From Nitrososphaerales archaeon (GTDB lineage: Archaea > Thermoproteota > Nitrososphaeria > Nitrososphaerales > JACAEJ01), in the NCBI GenBank assembly GCA_038883135.1, contig JAVZMU010000003.1, positions 1-37,773 of the forward strand: a DNA stretch of 37,773 nucleotides, in the 5' to 3' direction. The position numbers were made by a program, and so were the translations under genes. Below, one piece after another: positions 10,568-20,902 of the stretch. The notes under the pieces were generated by a model that worked only from the letters and a program-made list of their open reading frames with translations, ran no database searches and was not told the origin of the DNA. The first letter of the stretch is position 1. Every line of letters begins with the position of its first letter.

Positions 10568-10695
10568 GTTCTATCTATTTTAGGTAATTCTTCTAGAGAT
10601 TCAATGAGAATCTTTCAAGTAGATACTCTCCTTTAACTTCTTTATTACCTTTTGAGTTAAGTCATATCTTCATATAGAAAGCTAATTCTTAGTTT

Positions 10696-11079
10696 TTACT
10701 TAATATCAATAGTTATAACATCTCCTGATACTGCCTTCATGAGCACATCTAATCCAGAAACGATTTTGCCCAATGGATTTATAGGTACGGACACTTCACA
10801 ATTCTCGAAGAAAAAGAATAAAGCTCCATTTAATGATAAAAACCCTATTTCCCCCTTCTGAAAACTCTTTTTTGCCTTCTCCACGCCAGCAACTATTCCT
10901 GAAATAATGTAAATAAATTGGTCTTTAAACCTAACGGTTCTCCCATGTAAAGGCATATTTCTTAACAAAGAGTTTAAAGTAATTGGAGCGAGATGGCGGA
11001 AGACTTCTCCTTTAGCCCTTCCTTTTCCATAAACATCTATTATAATACTCAGCTTAGAGACTGAAGTCTTTGAGTTCAT
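10696..11079 (-). CDS. Cyclophilin-like fold protein
   Basis: LAPIT...LP, GVEKAKKSFQKGEIGF, LFFFF and PINPLGKIVSG pattern of archaeal cyclophilin-like proteins. Confidence 0.75.
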   Translation of the reverse strand: MNSKTSVSKLSIIIDVYGKGRAKGEVFRHLAPITLNSLLRNMPLHGRTVRFKDQFIYIISGIVAGVEKAKKSFQKGEIGFLSLNGALFFFFENCEVSVPINPLGKIVSGLDVLMKAVSGDVITIDIK

Positions 11080-11189
11080 GGATCCAATAGTATATAATCA
11101 ATTATACATTTAAATTTCTATTGAGTTAGAATCGATAATATTAAAATTCCAAAACCTTTATTTGGCGTTTTATTTAGTTTAAAGGAGCC

Positions 11190-11489
11190 TTGGTAGCGGC
11201 TGTATTCGAAACTCCTTTAGGTGAAAAGAAAACGAAGAAAGCTATTGTAAAAAAGGTTACTATAGGTCCTCCTAGGCTCACAAGGTTTGAGAGAGCAAGA
11301 ATCATAGGTGCTCGTGCCCTTCAGCTCGCTTTAGGTGCACCTCCTTTTATACCAGTACCTCCTAACATAAAAGATCCTATCTCTCTTGCTATAGCCGAAC
11401 TAGAGGCTAAGGCTTTACCAATATCTATTAGAAGAACTTTGCCTGATGGTAGGTATCAAGATATACCGATTGATTGGTTATTAGATTAA
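11190..11489 (+). CDS. rpoK: DNA-directed RNA polymerase subunit K (Rpo6)
   Basis: LTRFERARIIGARALQLALGAP and LPISIRRTLPDG motifs; GGAG SD before TTG. Confidence 0.96.
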   Translation: MVAAVFETPLGEKKTKKAIVKKVTIGPPRLTRFERARIIGARALQLALGAPPFIPVPPNIKDPISLAIAELEAKALPISIRRTLPDGRYQDIPIDWLLD

Positions 11490-11601
11490 AGATCTTTTAT
11501 ACGTAAATAGCACACTAAGATTTATTTTCGTCCATCTTAAGCATTTAATAAAGGAGTTGAATATAAGATAAAACCTTAATGATTTTTAAAATTTAAACTT
11601 A

Positions 11602-12069
11602 TTATAATCTTTGCCTAACCTTTTCTGAAAAATTCTTTAACTTTAACCAATGACTTCCTATCCAATAAGTTTTGCCACATCTCACACAGGAATAGAAATG
11701 GTCATGCTTTTTTAATACGCTCTCTGGAACGTTTCTCACCTTGTTTTTATCTACCTCTTTTATATCTCCATTACATAAAGGACATCTTGAATTCATTGGG
11801 TTGAGCTCAGGCTTTAATCCAATGATTTTAAATACAGTCACGATTCTATTTTCATCGCTATCTTCTAACAAAAGTATGGACTTTAAATCATTTAGTATAG
11901 CTTTGTTATGAAGATCTTTATCAGAAGTTAAGACAATCCTATCGTCATCCTTAGCAATTGTTAATATATTCTCATCCAAAATCTCAGCATTATAAAGTAC
12001 ATCGAATCCATAAATTCTTAGTTTTCTTGCTAAGCTCCCAAGCATACTGTCAACTATGAATTTTACCAT
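11602..12069 (-). CDS. Mut7-C RNase (PIN-like + Zn ribbon) domain protein
   Basis: FIVDSMLGSLARKLRIYGFD, RIVLTSD, SRCPLCNG and CVRCGKTYWIGSH motifs. Confidence 0.92.
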   Translation of the reverse strand: MVKFIVDSMLGSLARKLRIYGFDVLYNAEILDENILTIAKDDDRIVLTSDKDLHNKAILNDLKSILLLEDSDENRIVTVFKIIGLKPELNPMNSRCPLCNGDIKEVDKNKVRNVPESVLKKHDHFYSCVRCGKTYWIGSHWLKLKNFSEKVRQRL

Positions 12070-13363
12070 GTATGACCTTTCCCACTCCTGCGAAGGAGAC
12101 TATTTCTCCATTCAAAAATACTTCTTTTCCTCTTATGAATGTTGCATAAACTCCCGCTTTTGCAACCATACCATTGAAAGGGGAGAATTTAGCCTTTGAG
12201 AAGAAATTATTCTGATCGATTTTTCTTTCACTCTTTAAATCAATTATTGTGAGGTTTGCTATCTTCCCTATATCTATCTCTCCAGCATGAATTAAAGAAA
12301 ATCTCTCTGCTGGCTTTATAGTAAAAGCATCAATAACTCTATCCAATGGAAGCAAACCGTCTCTAACTAATGTAAAAAATATTGGTAAAGCTATCTCAAG
12401 ATTAGGAAAGCCAGGATAGGCTTTTTCTTTTTCTTCAAGAGTATGGGGAGCATGGTCTGTAGCTAATATGTCTACATCTCCATCTGATATTCCTTTTAAT
12501 ATTGCTTCTGTATGCCTTTTTGAGCGTAAAGGCGGTTCTACTATAGCTATCTTACCAAATTTTTCAAATACTTTATTTGTAAGAGTTGAGTGATGTGGAG
12601 TTGCCTCACAAGTCACATTGACACCATCTCTCTTTGCCCTTTTTATCCTAATTAATCCTTCAAGAGTAGAAATATGGCATATGTTTAGTTTACCATGTGC
12701 TTTCTTTGCAGCTTCAACAGCTATACTTATTGCATTTTCTTCAGCTTTTATAGGATGAGCTTTTGCATGTAAATAAGCTGATGGGACATTACTAAATCTT
12801 TTTATCATTCTAGGATCTTCTGCATGAATAGAGAGAGTAATGCCTAATGATGAAGTTTCCTTGATTAAATCATAAATTTCCTTTTCTGTTGAGTATTTTT
12901 CTCCATCTAAAGAGTTTGCCATAAATATCTTTATGGCTATACAACCTGAACTTACTAATTCTTTAACATGCTTAGGGCTCTTTGGAGTTGCGTAGAAGCC
13001 TACATCGCAATATATGTTTTTTTGAGCTTTTTCTATTCTCGCTTTAATCACATCAGGAGTTGTAGTAGGTGGTTTATTGTTTGGCATATCTAAGACTAAT
13101 GTAAAGCCTCCTGCTACAGCAGCTGCTGTACCAGATAAGAAATCCTCCTTATATGATAGTTCAAAATCTCTAAGGTGAGTGTGAACATCTATAAAACCTG
13201 GAAGAACAAGCCTACCTCCTGCATCAAAAACTCTCTCAGCCTTCAATAAAGCACTTTCCTTTCCTATCTTAGCGATTTTATCTCCTAATATAGAGATGCC
13301 TGCTTCTACTATCTCTCTTTTTAGCCAGATCTTTGCGTTTACTATATTTATGATTTTTTCCAT
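12050..13363 (-). CDS. pyrC: Dihydroorotase (amidohydrolase superfamily)
   Basis: PGFIDVHTHLRD, DMPNNKP, HAED, CHIST, EATPHH, PPLR and TDHAPH motifs. Confidence 0.88.
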   Translation of the reverse strand: MEKIINIVNAKIWLKREIVEAGISILGDKIAKIGKESALLKAERVFDAGGRLVLPGFIDVHTHLRDFELSYKEDFLSGTAAAVAGGFTLVLDMPNNKPPTTTPDVIKARIEKAQKNIYCDVGFYATPKSPKHVKELVSSGCIAIKIFMANSLDGEKYSTEKEIYDLIKETSSLGITLSIHAEDPRMIKRFSNVPSAYLHAKAHPIKAEENAISIAVEAAKKAHGKLNICHISTLEGLIRIKRAKRDGVNVTCEATPHHSTLTNKVFEKFGKIAIVEPPLRSKRHTEAILKGISDGDVDILATDHAPHTLEEKEKAYPGFPNLEIALPIFFTLVRDGLLPLDRVIDAFTIKPAERFSLIHAGEIDIGKIANLTIIDLKSERKIDQNNFFSKAKFSPFNGMVAKAGVYATFIRGKEVFLNGEIVSFAGVGKVIHGKIHS

Positions 13364-13463
13364 CTTTTCTCTTTTTTAATATAACATGTTTTATCAATAA
13401 TCTTATGAACTTATTATCCCATGGAAAATAGAATTTTCAAATCTTATTAATAGAAATATTTAG

Positions 13464-14057
13464 CTATGACTGCTCTTCAGAAGATTGCTCTCCTTCACGA
13501 CAGTCCTCACATAAGAATCTCCCGTCTAACTCCAGTAAATAATCAGACCATTGATTGCAAGAATCACAGTATCCTGCTAAGTAACCTTTCTTCTTTCTAG
13601 GCTCGCCAGCCATAATTAAGGCTTTTTCTGATATTACATCCATAACTTCAGGCGTTACAGATATTATATCTGACATTGTTATAATACCAACTAACTTATT
13701 ATTGCGAGTCACACCGAGCTTCTTTATCCCTAATTTTCTCATAATTCTAGCTGCTTCTCTAATATCCTTCTCACTATCGATGGTATGTAAAGGTGAAGAC
13801 ATTATTTCTTGTGCTAGAACTTCACTCGGCTTAAGATCTTTTGCTATGATTTTTAGAGCCATATCTCCGTCTGTGACTATACCTATAGGTTCTTCATTCT
13901 CAGTAATGACTACGCTCCCAACTTTATATTGAATCATTTTTAGAGCTAAGTCCTTGGCTGTTTCATTAGGAAGTGCTGTAATAACAGGACTATTCATTAT
14001 TTGCCCTACTCGTACTCTTGTGCGTACTGAAGGCTCTACTTTCAAATCTTTTCCCAT
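13464..14057 (-). CDS. CBS-pair protein with C-terminal Zn-ribbon
   Basis: Two CBS repeats (IMNSPVIT..GIVTDGD; IMSSPLHTI..GIITMSD) plus GYCDSC...LCEDC. Confidence 0.9.
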   Translation of the reverse strand: MGKDLKVEPSVRTRVRVGQIMNSPVITALPNETAKDLALKMIQYKVGSVVITENEEPIGIVTDGDMALKIIAKDLKPSEVLAQEIMSSPLHTIDSEKDIREAARIMRKLGIKKLGVTRNNKLVGIITMSDIISVTPEVMDVISEKALIMAGEPRKKKGYLAGYCDSCNQWSDYLLELDGRFLCEDCREGEQSSEEQS

Positions 14058-14080
14058 CTCTTGATTAATTAAACTTACAA

Positions 14081-16027
14081 TTAAATACTTTGCTCGCCAA
14101 AACCTGTAAAAACGATTTTTCCACCACTCGGTGGAAGGGCTCTTGCTATATCATCAAGAGCTATGTTTCTGATTGTTTTTATCTTTTCACCAATCATACT
14201 AATAAAATTGGCTTTAACCTTTTTAGCAGTTTCTCCAATCGTGCTTTTATCAGGTTCTATTACTGCAAATACTAGAGAATTTTTCTTTACAGCAGTTGGC
14301 GGTCCTCCCATAATTACTATGCTATTCTCTATCTTATGCACACCTATAGCAATTTTAACCTCTAAATCTTTAATGTAATTTTTCTTTCCTTCTATTATGA
14401 AACTACCTTTTGGAAGATACATGCCACTTGGTGCTTGCATTTTAACTTGTTTCGGTTCAACCCAGTAAACATCCATAGAGGTAAAGCCTTCTTTCCAAGC
14501 TCTACTATAGCTGGCAACGGCTTGAGCTGTCTCATTTATACTTTTTTCCATTTTCAAATCAGCATTTTTTAAGATAAAAAAGGGTGATCCTGGAATATCT
14601 GCATGAAAGACTATATCGTTATCATTCATATGCTTCCTTATAATTGCTGTATTCGATGTGGCATCTCTACCACCTATTGCAAGTAATCCATCTGATGTTA
14701 TGAACCAACGGTATCTCTCAAACCATTTCTTTTCTCTTTTTACCACTTTTTCTTTAGATTTTATGGTTTCTTCACATTTCTTAAGCTTCTCTATTAAACC
14801 ATCTCTTTCTGCTATTAAAGACTTCTCAGCTAACTCTATAGCACTTACTTTTCTCTCTAAGCTTTTTGCTTCATCATAAATTTTGGATATAAAAGTCATT
14901 ATCGAGCTTTTCTTATCGACTTCAAATTTTGAGCCTTTTACTGAAATGAGTAACTTATCGTCTATTAATTTCACATCATCGATTCCTAGCTCTGAGAACT
15001 TATTAACAATCATCTCAATATTTTGAATATTTTGTAAAAAAGCTTCACTTGAAATCTTTAATGCAATTTTTCTAAGAGCATCAGCCTTAATTGATATGCT
15101 TTCTTTTTGCTTTCTTTGTTCCGCTAAAGCAAATTCTATCTCCTCTATCTTTTGGCGCAAAGGTTTAAGACTCATCTCATGTTTATTAGCCTTTATTTCT
15201 TCAGTAAATAACTCATCTAAAGCCTCAATGTAGGATGAGCAAATTCTGAAATTTTTTCCTTTATAAGATAAGAATTCAAAAGGTGTAGCATCTTTAGGGT
15301 GTCCATCTTCAAGAATTAGCATTGGCTTAACATCTTTTGCTTCGACTAAGTTAATTACTTCCTTTATCTTATTAAATATTCTTTCAACATCCTTTTCCGT
15401 AAGACTTAATCCTATGGTTTTTGGGTCTATCCCAGCTCTTATAAGTATTTCTTCTACATACTTTTTTGATAAAGCGAGATTCCTACCTAACCATTTTGAA
15501 GCTTCCAGATTTGAGCTTGCTAATGATAATAATTGATCTAATAATAAAGAGCTTATATCAAAGCCCTTTGATGGTGGGAGAGAGTATTTTATACCAGGTA
15601 GTAACTCACGATGCCTTACTCTTAACTTTCTTAAAGCTGATATGATAAGATCGTTCCCATCAGTTAGGATTATATTTCCTTCTCCAAAGAACTCTCCTAT
15701 AAGCTTAAAAAGTCCCTTTGAAGAGCTTAAATTTAAAATTACAATCCTTTCTCCACTAGGTTGCTGAATTCCTAATATCTTTGCTCTAATTATTCTTCTC
15801 AAAGACGATGCTATTCCCAAAGAATCTTCTCTTTCTATAGAGTATTTCGTAAGCCATAAGCCTCTTCCTGCAGAGATTATCAAGTTTTTTTCAGGTTTTT
15901 CGCTGTGATGTAATTTAAGAAGGATAGTATTCTCATCTATTTGATATATATTGTTTACATAATAACCAATAATGGTCTCGTTTAACTCTTTTACTATACG
16001 CTTTATTTCTATGCTTGATAGTTCCAA
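14081..16027 (-). CDS. rqcH: Ribosome quality-control protein Rqc2/RqcH (NFACT/NEMF family)
   Basis: NFACT-N (GERIV, GEFFGEGNIIL), coiled coil, NFACT-R (WFERYRWFITSDG, GGRDATSN, FHADIPGSP) and PSGMYLPKGSFIIEG. Confidence 0.92.
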   Translation of the reverse strand: MELSSIEIKRIVKELNETIIGYYVNNIYQIDENTILLKLHHSEKPEKNLIISAGRGLWLTKYSIEREDSLGIASSLRRIIRAKILGIQQPSGERIVILNLSSSKGLFKLIGEFFGEGNIILTDGNDLIISALRKLRVRHRELLPGIKYSLPPSKGFDISSLLLDQLLSLASSNLEASKWLGRNLALSKKYVEEILIRAGIDPKTIGLSLTEKDVERIFNKIKEVINLVEAKDVKPMLILEDGHPKDATPFEFLSYKGKNFRICSSYIEALDELFTEEIKANKHEMSLKPLRQKIEEIEFALAEQRKQKESISIKADALRKIALKISSEAFLQNIQNIEMIVNKFSELGIDDVKLIDDKLLISVKGSKFEVDKKSSIMTFISKIYDEAKSLERKVSAIELAEKSLIAERDGLIEKLKKCEETIKSKEKVVKREKKWFERYRWFITSDGLLAIGGRDATSNTAIIRKHMNDNDIVFHADIPGSPFFILKNADLKMEKSINETAQAVASYSRAWKEGFTSMDVYWVEPKQVKMQAPSGMYLPKGSFIIEGKKNYIKDLEVKIAIGVHKIENSIVIMGGPPTAVKKNSLVFAVIEPDKSTIGETAKKVKANFISMIGEKIKTIRNIALDDIARALPPSGGKIVFTGFGEQSI

Positions 16028-16289
16028 ACCTGCTAATAATTAATAACTAATAAGTTAAAAGTGTTAAAAAAGGATTGTTTTGTTATGTTTTTTAATTAAT
16101 TATATTCCAGATAGCTTTTAGCAAGAATCTTGTATAAGAAACTAAAGCTAGCATTCACAAGAGATTTAATACTTGGTAGATTGTCAAATATATGTTAAGC
16201 TTATAAAACGTATTTAAGAAGAGAGATAATCAATAAATCTTTACTATGTAGCTTTCCTCTTATTGATTAATAGAGCTCTAGAAATGTAG

Positions 16290-16585
16290 TTATTCTTCAC
16301 TACGTCTCCATCCTCTGGTTGATATTATTGTAGAACTTCCTCTTCCTATGCTTTAATGTTTTGAAACATTTCTCTATCCTGTTTCTCTTTGATGGTTACA
16401 TGCTTAGTTTTTAAGTCAGATACCCTATATCTAAGGATAACTATTGGTTTCTAACAATGATGATAAGAGTTTTTATGCAAACTTTAATGATCATCCTAAA
16501 GTATGATGTTCACATCCTATTAGATTAGACATAAAAGCAATAAATTCCTTAACAGCATTAATTCTAATAACGCCAAAGAAGGCTC
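16290..16585 (-). mobile_element. Degraded IS6-family (IS240-type DDE) transposase relic
   Basis: The minus strand reads KHVT(IKE)/frameshift/RNRIEKCFKTLKHRKRKFYNNINQR at ~16318-16406. This resembles the archaeal IS6 C-terminal pattern HVTFGxRNxIERWFRTLKxRxxRFYNN as I recall it. Upstream ccaatagttatccttag looks like a decayed PWYPW. Many stops; boundaries approximate. Confidence 0.65.
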
Positions 16586-16668
16586 ATTTAAGGGTTAATA
16601 CCAAGATGTTTTTTAATACACTCCTTTGCTAGATAATTATGATTCTGTGATAAGGGGGATATTAAATT

Positions 16669-17475
16669 ATGAAGGAAATAACGAGTTTATCTAAAGAAGA
16701 CTTAAAGATTGATTGCCAAAAGACTGAAAATGAAATTATTGAGTTCATAAGGAAGATAGTAAAAGATGCTAATGCTAGAGGGGTTGTTGTAGGCTTAAGT
16801 GGAGGTATAGATAGTTCTGTAACAGTTACTCTTTGTGTAAGAGCTTTAGGGCCTGATAGGGTTATAGGTTTATTAATGCCCGATCCTGGAATTACCCCAG
16901 TATCTGATGTAAAGGATGCTAAGAACCTTGCTTCAAAGCTAGGCATAAAGATATATACCATACATATAGATGCTATAGTAAAGGCATTTCTAGATTCTAT
17001 TCCTTTAAAAAGTAAGGATAGAATAGCTTTAGCCAATCTAAGAGCAAGGATAAGAATGATCATTAATTACTTCTTCGCCAATTCCTTAGATTATCTAGTG
17101 GTTGGCACAGGAGATAGAAGCGAGGCTTTAATAGGATACTTTACAAAGTATGGAGATGGAGGAGTTGACTTTTTACCTATAGTCCATCTTTATAAGACTC
17201 AAGTTAGGCAGTTAGGTAAGTACTTAGGATTACCAGAAAATATAATTAGCAAACCTTCTTCACCTAGACTTTGGAAAGGACAAAAGGCTACTGATGAAAT
17301 TCCAATAGATTATGACATTTTAGACTTAATCCTTTACGCTATGTTTGACTTAAAGATGAGAGATAGTGAGATAGCACTCAAATTGAATATTCCCTTAAAG
17401 ATTGTTCAAGAAGTTCAAAGACGTTACAATGAATCTATACATAAAAGAACATATCCTCCTTCAATAAGGTTATAA
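16669..17475 (+). CDS. nadE: NH3-dependent NAD+ synthetase
   Basis: GLSGGIDSS, NLRARIRM, GTGDRSE, GYFTKYGDGG, LYKTQV and KPSSPRLW motifs. Confidence 0.96.
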   Translation: MKEITSLSKEDLKIDCQKTENEIIEFIRKIVKDANARGVVVGLSGGIDSSVTVTLCVRALGPDRVIGLLMPDPGITPVSDVKDAKNLASKLGIKIYTIHIDAIVKAFLDSIPLKSKDRIALANLRARIRMIINYFFANSLDYLVVGTGDRSEALIGYFTKYGDGGVDFLPIVHLYKTQVRQLGKYLGLPENIISKPSSPRLWKGQKATDEIPIDYDILDLILYAMFDLKMRDSEIALKLNIPLKIVQEVQRRYNESIHKRTYPPSIRL

Positions 17476-17638
17476 TGATAAAGTAGAGCTTATCCTAACG
17501 AATATCTATGATAGCATTTTATGAACTAATGATGATTCATTTTTATAAAGCATATAAAAGACTGTTCAATACCTATACTTATTGCTTTTCAAAATATAAG
17601 TTAAAACTATAAGACTTATTTAGATGCTATCAGTTAAA

Positions 17639-18318
17639 TTATAATCTGCTTAATACTTCTACAAATGAATTCTCATCAGGTAAGAATGATAGGACTATCC
17701 TCTCTTTCTCAGTTAAGTCTATAGCTAAAGGATCTACAACTTTTGGTCCTTGGAGAATTACTTCTAGGCTTTAATTATGACACTTTAATTGCAACAAGAG
17801 GCGATCTCCCTAGACCTACCTTCGTAAAGATTAAAGCTCTTTCTGTAGTAGCATCAAAGATTCTGTAAAACTCAAAGCCTGATAGAGCATATATTGCTTT
17901 TATACTATCTAGTATTGTGTAGCCATAAATATTTATGTTGAGATAATCTTTGCCTTCTAAAATCTGTCCCTTTACCAACTCCACTATAGACTCTGCGGGA
18001 ACAGGCTCCTTGAACTCTTTTATAGCGATTATTGCAGATTTATTCTCAGGTTTAATAATCCTATCAAGGATTCGCTCATGATCCTTATCCAGTTTTATTA
18101 ATGCTTTAATGTATTTTTATGAATCCTACTCCTGGTGAGGAACGCCTGCTACTCTCGTAATCACTTAATACAGAAGGAGATACTCCCATTTCCCTTGCAA
18201 GTTGAATCTGTTCTATGTTAAGCCTCTTCCTCTAGACCTTAAGGGCATTACAAGGATTAGGGTCCGTTACAACATTTCCAGCTATCTTTGCTAGAATATC
18301 GTTTGTATCAGATAGCAT
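17639..18318 (-). pseudogene. Disrupted archaeal Cro/C1-HTH transcriptional regulator (COG1709-like)
   Basis: Reconstructed from ATG 18318: MLSDTNDILAKIAGNVVTDPNPCNALKV*RKRLNIEQIQLAREMGVSPSVLSDYESSRRSSPGVGFIK /fs/ YIKALIKLD...GYTILDSIKAI...TTERALIFTKVGLGRSPLVAIKVS*LKPR /fs/ VILQGPKVVDPLAIDLTEKERIVLS...RL*. Two in-frame stops and two frameshifts. Confidence 0.88.
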
Positions 18319-18365
18319 TAAACTTTTAGTTAACAGCTAATTTAAATATTAAACTTTTGTCAAGA

Positions 18366-19847
18366 TCAGTTATGAACTTTCTTTAGATCATCTTCTGTAT
18401 AATCCTTAAAGAAAAAGCTCGTCTCCCCTAAAGTAAGCATATCTGTAGGCTTTACTGAAATTATTACTGGTAAATCGTTTACAACTTTTCCTAGTATCAT
18501 GCAAGTCCTTGGTGGCAATGTTTTTACAATGGATTTTATTGTATCGGGATCAGTCGTAGAAGCGCGTGATATAGTCTCGAGGTCAACATCATTAGTGAAA
18601 TTAAATATAAAGAGATTATCAGCCTGCCTGTAAATACAATCTTTTATGGCATCTGGTTGATTTGTTATGAAGGTAGTAAAAACTCCAAAGTGTCTCATCC
18701 TTGTCACAATATCGTCCCAGTAGGTATCTCTAAGATAAAGATGGGCTTCTTCTGCAAATAAGAATATAGGAGGAATTTTTTTTCTCTCAAGAAGATCTAC
18801 AATTTTGCTTAATATGAGCTCTACAGACATCTTTCTCACTTGAGGTTGAAGACGGCTGAGAGATATTGTGAAAATCCCTCCTTTCTTGAACTTTGAAAAA
18901 AGATCTTCGAATTTTATTGAATCTTCACTATTGTCTGAAAACAAACGGGAGGAAAGCATTAAATGATACCTTGAGAATAAAGCATCTTTGATCAACTCGT
19001 TACATTTCCACTTTTGAATCGCATCTCCAAGATTACTCATTTTTAATAAACCTTGAGACTCTAATAATTCCCAAATTCTTATGAACTCCCTCAGCGAAGC
19101 CCCAGGAATCTCCAGAGTATGTTGAAGCATGTTTATCATGCCTGACAAGCCTATGTAATCAAGGGTAAAGCGTAAAGAAGCTCCTGGTATGAAGTTTACA
19201 ATTTTATTACATATAGGATTGGGCTTTCCATCCTTATTCCATCCTAATCCTTTGTATTCATCATTAAGATCAAAGATAATAACATACGCACCATACTCGA
19301 CTAGCTTACTAACAATCAATTTTGCTAAGTGTGACTTTCCTGTACCTTTTTTGCCTGTAATTATGTTAAGCTTTCCATCTAGAGCTTCAGCATTTATATT
19401 AAAAGCCTCTCCATTATTAGTAATTCCTATAGATATCGTTCTATAACCCTCTCTTTTTGCGAGAGAAAAGAGTTCAGAAATTGATAACTTAGTAGCTTTA
19501 GTCGTTACCCTTGATGGAAGCCAAGATGCATTTAATGTTAAATTATCTTTATTAACAATACCTCTAATTTTGCATCTAAGCAACTTCATATCCCTAATAA
19601 GGTAAGATATGGTTTTAATCTCTAAAGGATCGTGCTCTATTCTTTGGGCAGAGTTGTTTAATATCTCTTCTCTTACAAGATCGTTCATAAGCTCGGGCCA
19701 ATCGAGATAGGATTCATCGTAAACCTGAACCACCATTTTCATCTCTTGTGTATTATCCTCTATTAGAACGTACTCCCCACGTGATAATTCCTCATTTGGT
19801 AATGCTAAAAGAAGAACTTCATTTCCAGATTTTTCAATAACCCTCAT
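18366..19847 (-). CDS. herA: HerA/FtsK-family ATPase (HAS barrel + P-loop)
   Basis: N-terminal HAS-barrel-like segment (GEYVLIED, WLPSR), Walker A GKKGTGKS, IFDLNDEY, Walker B FAEEAH, RMRHFGV and ITNQP. Confidence 0.88.
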   Translation of the reverse strand: MRVIEKSGNEVLLLALPNEELSRGEYVLIEDNTQEMKMVVQVYDESYLDWPELMNDLVREEILNNSAQRIEHDPLEIKTISYLIRDMKLLRCKIRGIVNKDNLTLNASWLPSRVTTKATKLSISELFSLAKREGYRTISIGITNNGEAFNINAEALDGKLNIITGKKGTGKSHLAKLIVSKLVEYGAYVIIFDLNDEYKGLGWNKDGKPNPICNKIVNFIPGASLRFTLDYIGLSGMINMLQHTLEIPGASLREFIRIWELLESQGLLKMSNLGDAIQKWKCNELIKDALFSRYHLMLSSRLFSDNSEDSIKFEDLFSKFKKGGIFTISLSRLQPQVRKMSVELILSKIVDLLERKKIPPIFLFAEEAHLYLRDTYWDDIVTRMRHFGVFTTFITNQPDAIKDCIYRQADNLFIFNFTNDVDLETISRASTTDPDTIKSIVKTLPPRTCMILGKVVNDLPVIISVKPTDMLTLGETSFFFKDYTEDDLKKVHN

Positions 19848-20902
19848 TTAAATGCAACCTTCTTTAAAGGTTTTACCTTAAGGCTACCTAATGCTATCTT
19901 CCTAGGATCTTCTGCTGGTAGCTCTATCACACCAAGATTCTTTAATAAGTAGCTTTTTATAGACATATCATCAGAGCTTGTGAATACTGAAAGATGATGA
20001 GCAAGTCTCAGTGATTCTGGGTATCCTCTGAAGAAACAGTCATTATGTCTTATCCTTGATAAAATGTCATCGAATTCATTATCGAATTTACTAACGTCAA
20101 CTCTAAAGACTAAACCATCATCAGTAAATTTGACAAGTAGGATACGCCCTTCAATTCCTTTAAGTATAGGACTTATCAATTGATGAATATCGGAGTAAAT
20201 AGGAGCTTTTCCTGTTGAATGAAGTCTTCCTGATAGCTTATTTAAGATTCTATTTCTTGAAGATTTTGAAATTCCTACGACTTTATTATCATTTTTTCTT
20301 GCTAAGTTTAAAATATCTAAAAGACTAGAACCTTCTATATCAAATATAGAATTTCTTAAAGAGCCATCAATCATTATAATTCCTCTTGAAAGATTTTTAG
20401 CTAATTCCATAGCAAAGGCTCTCTCTAACCTTAGCCTTATCATGGATTTAGCTAATGAATCATCTAGCAGAACGAGTCTAAATAGTCTTTTGTCTGAATA
20501 TTCCTCATCCATTAAGTTTTGCTCGTTTAAATAAAATATTATCGGTCCTATTCTTACTTGATTTTGAGGCTTTTGATTGTAAAAAAAGACAGATGCAACA
20601 CGAGCTGCATAAATAGAACCATCTTCAACGTCTGCTACATGAATACAAGAAGAATCTAAAGCAGATAAAACTGTTGGTTGAGATATTGTTGAAAATTCTT
20701 TTATTTCTATTTCTTCACTTGTAGGCCACCCTCCAATAGGCTTCATGTTAGAGTTATCTGTGCTAAAAATTACTTTTTTGCTCGTAAGCTTCAAAATACA
20801 TGATGTAACTTTATGAAATAGCTTTTTGGTAATTGTTTCAGCTATAAAAGATGTATCTGGGAGAACTTTTTCACCAATCGGAAGATTTAATTGCTTGCCC
20901 AT
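19844..20902 (-). CDS. nurA: NurA-family nuclease
   Basis: ALDSS, RLRLE, IMIDGSL, VGISKSS and GYPESLRLAHH motifs; ATGA overlap with herA. Start placed at ATG 20902 (MGKQ), which removes the overlap with the divergent gene. Confidence 0.87.
   Translation of the reverse strand: MGKQLNLPIGEKVLPDTSFIAETITKKLFHKVTSCILKLTSKKVIFSTDNSNMKPIGGWPTSEEIEIKEFSTISQPTVLSALDSSCIHVADVEDGSIYAARVASVFFYNQKPQNQVRIGPIIFYLNEQNLMDEEYSDKRLFRLVLLDDSLAKSMIRLRLERAFAMELAKNLSRGIIMIDGSLRNSIFDIEGSSLLDILNLARKNDNKVVGISKSSRNRILNKLSGRLHSTGKAPIYSDIHQLISPILKGIEGRILLVKFTDDGLVFRVDVSKFDNEFDDILSRIRHNDCFFRGYPESLRLAHHLSVFTSSDDMSIKSYLLKNLGVIELPAEDPRKIALGSLKVKPLKKVAFK

Noticed and set aside
10570-10690. Minus-strand LIESLEELPKI, similar to a HAD hydrolase C-terminus
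   Set aside because: An 11-residue resemblance only; not supportable.
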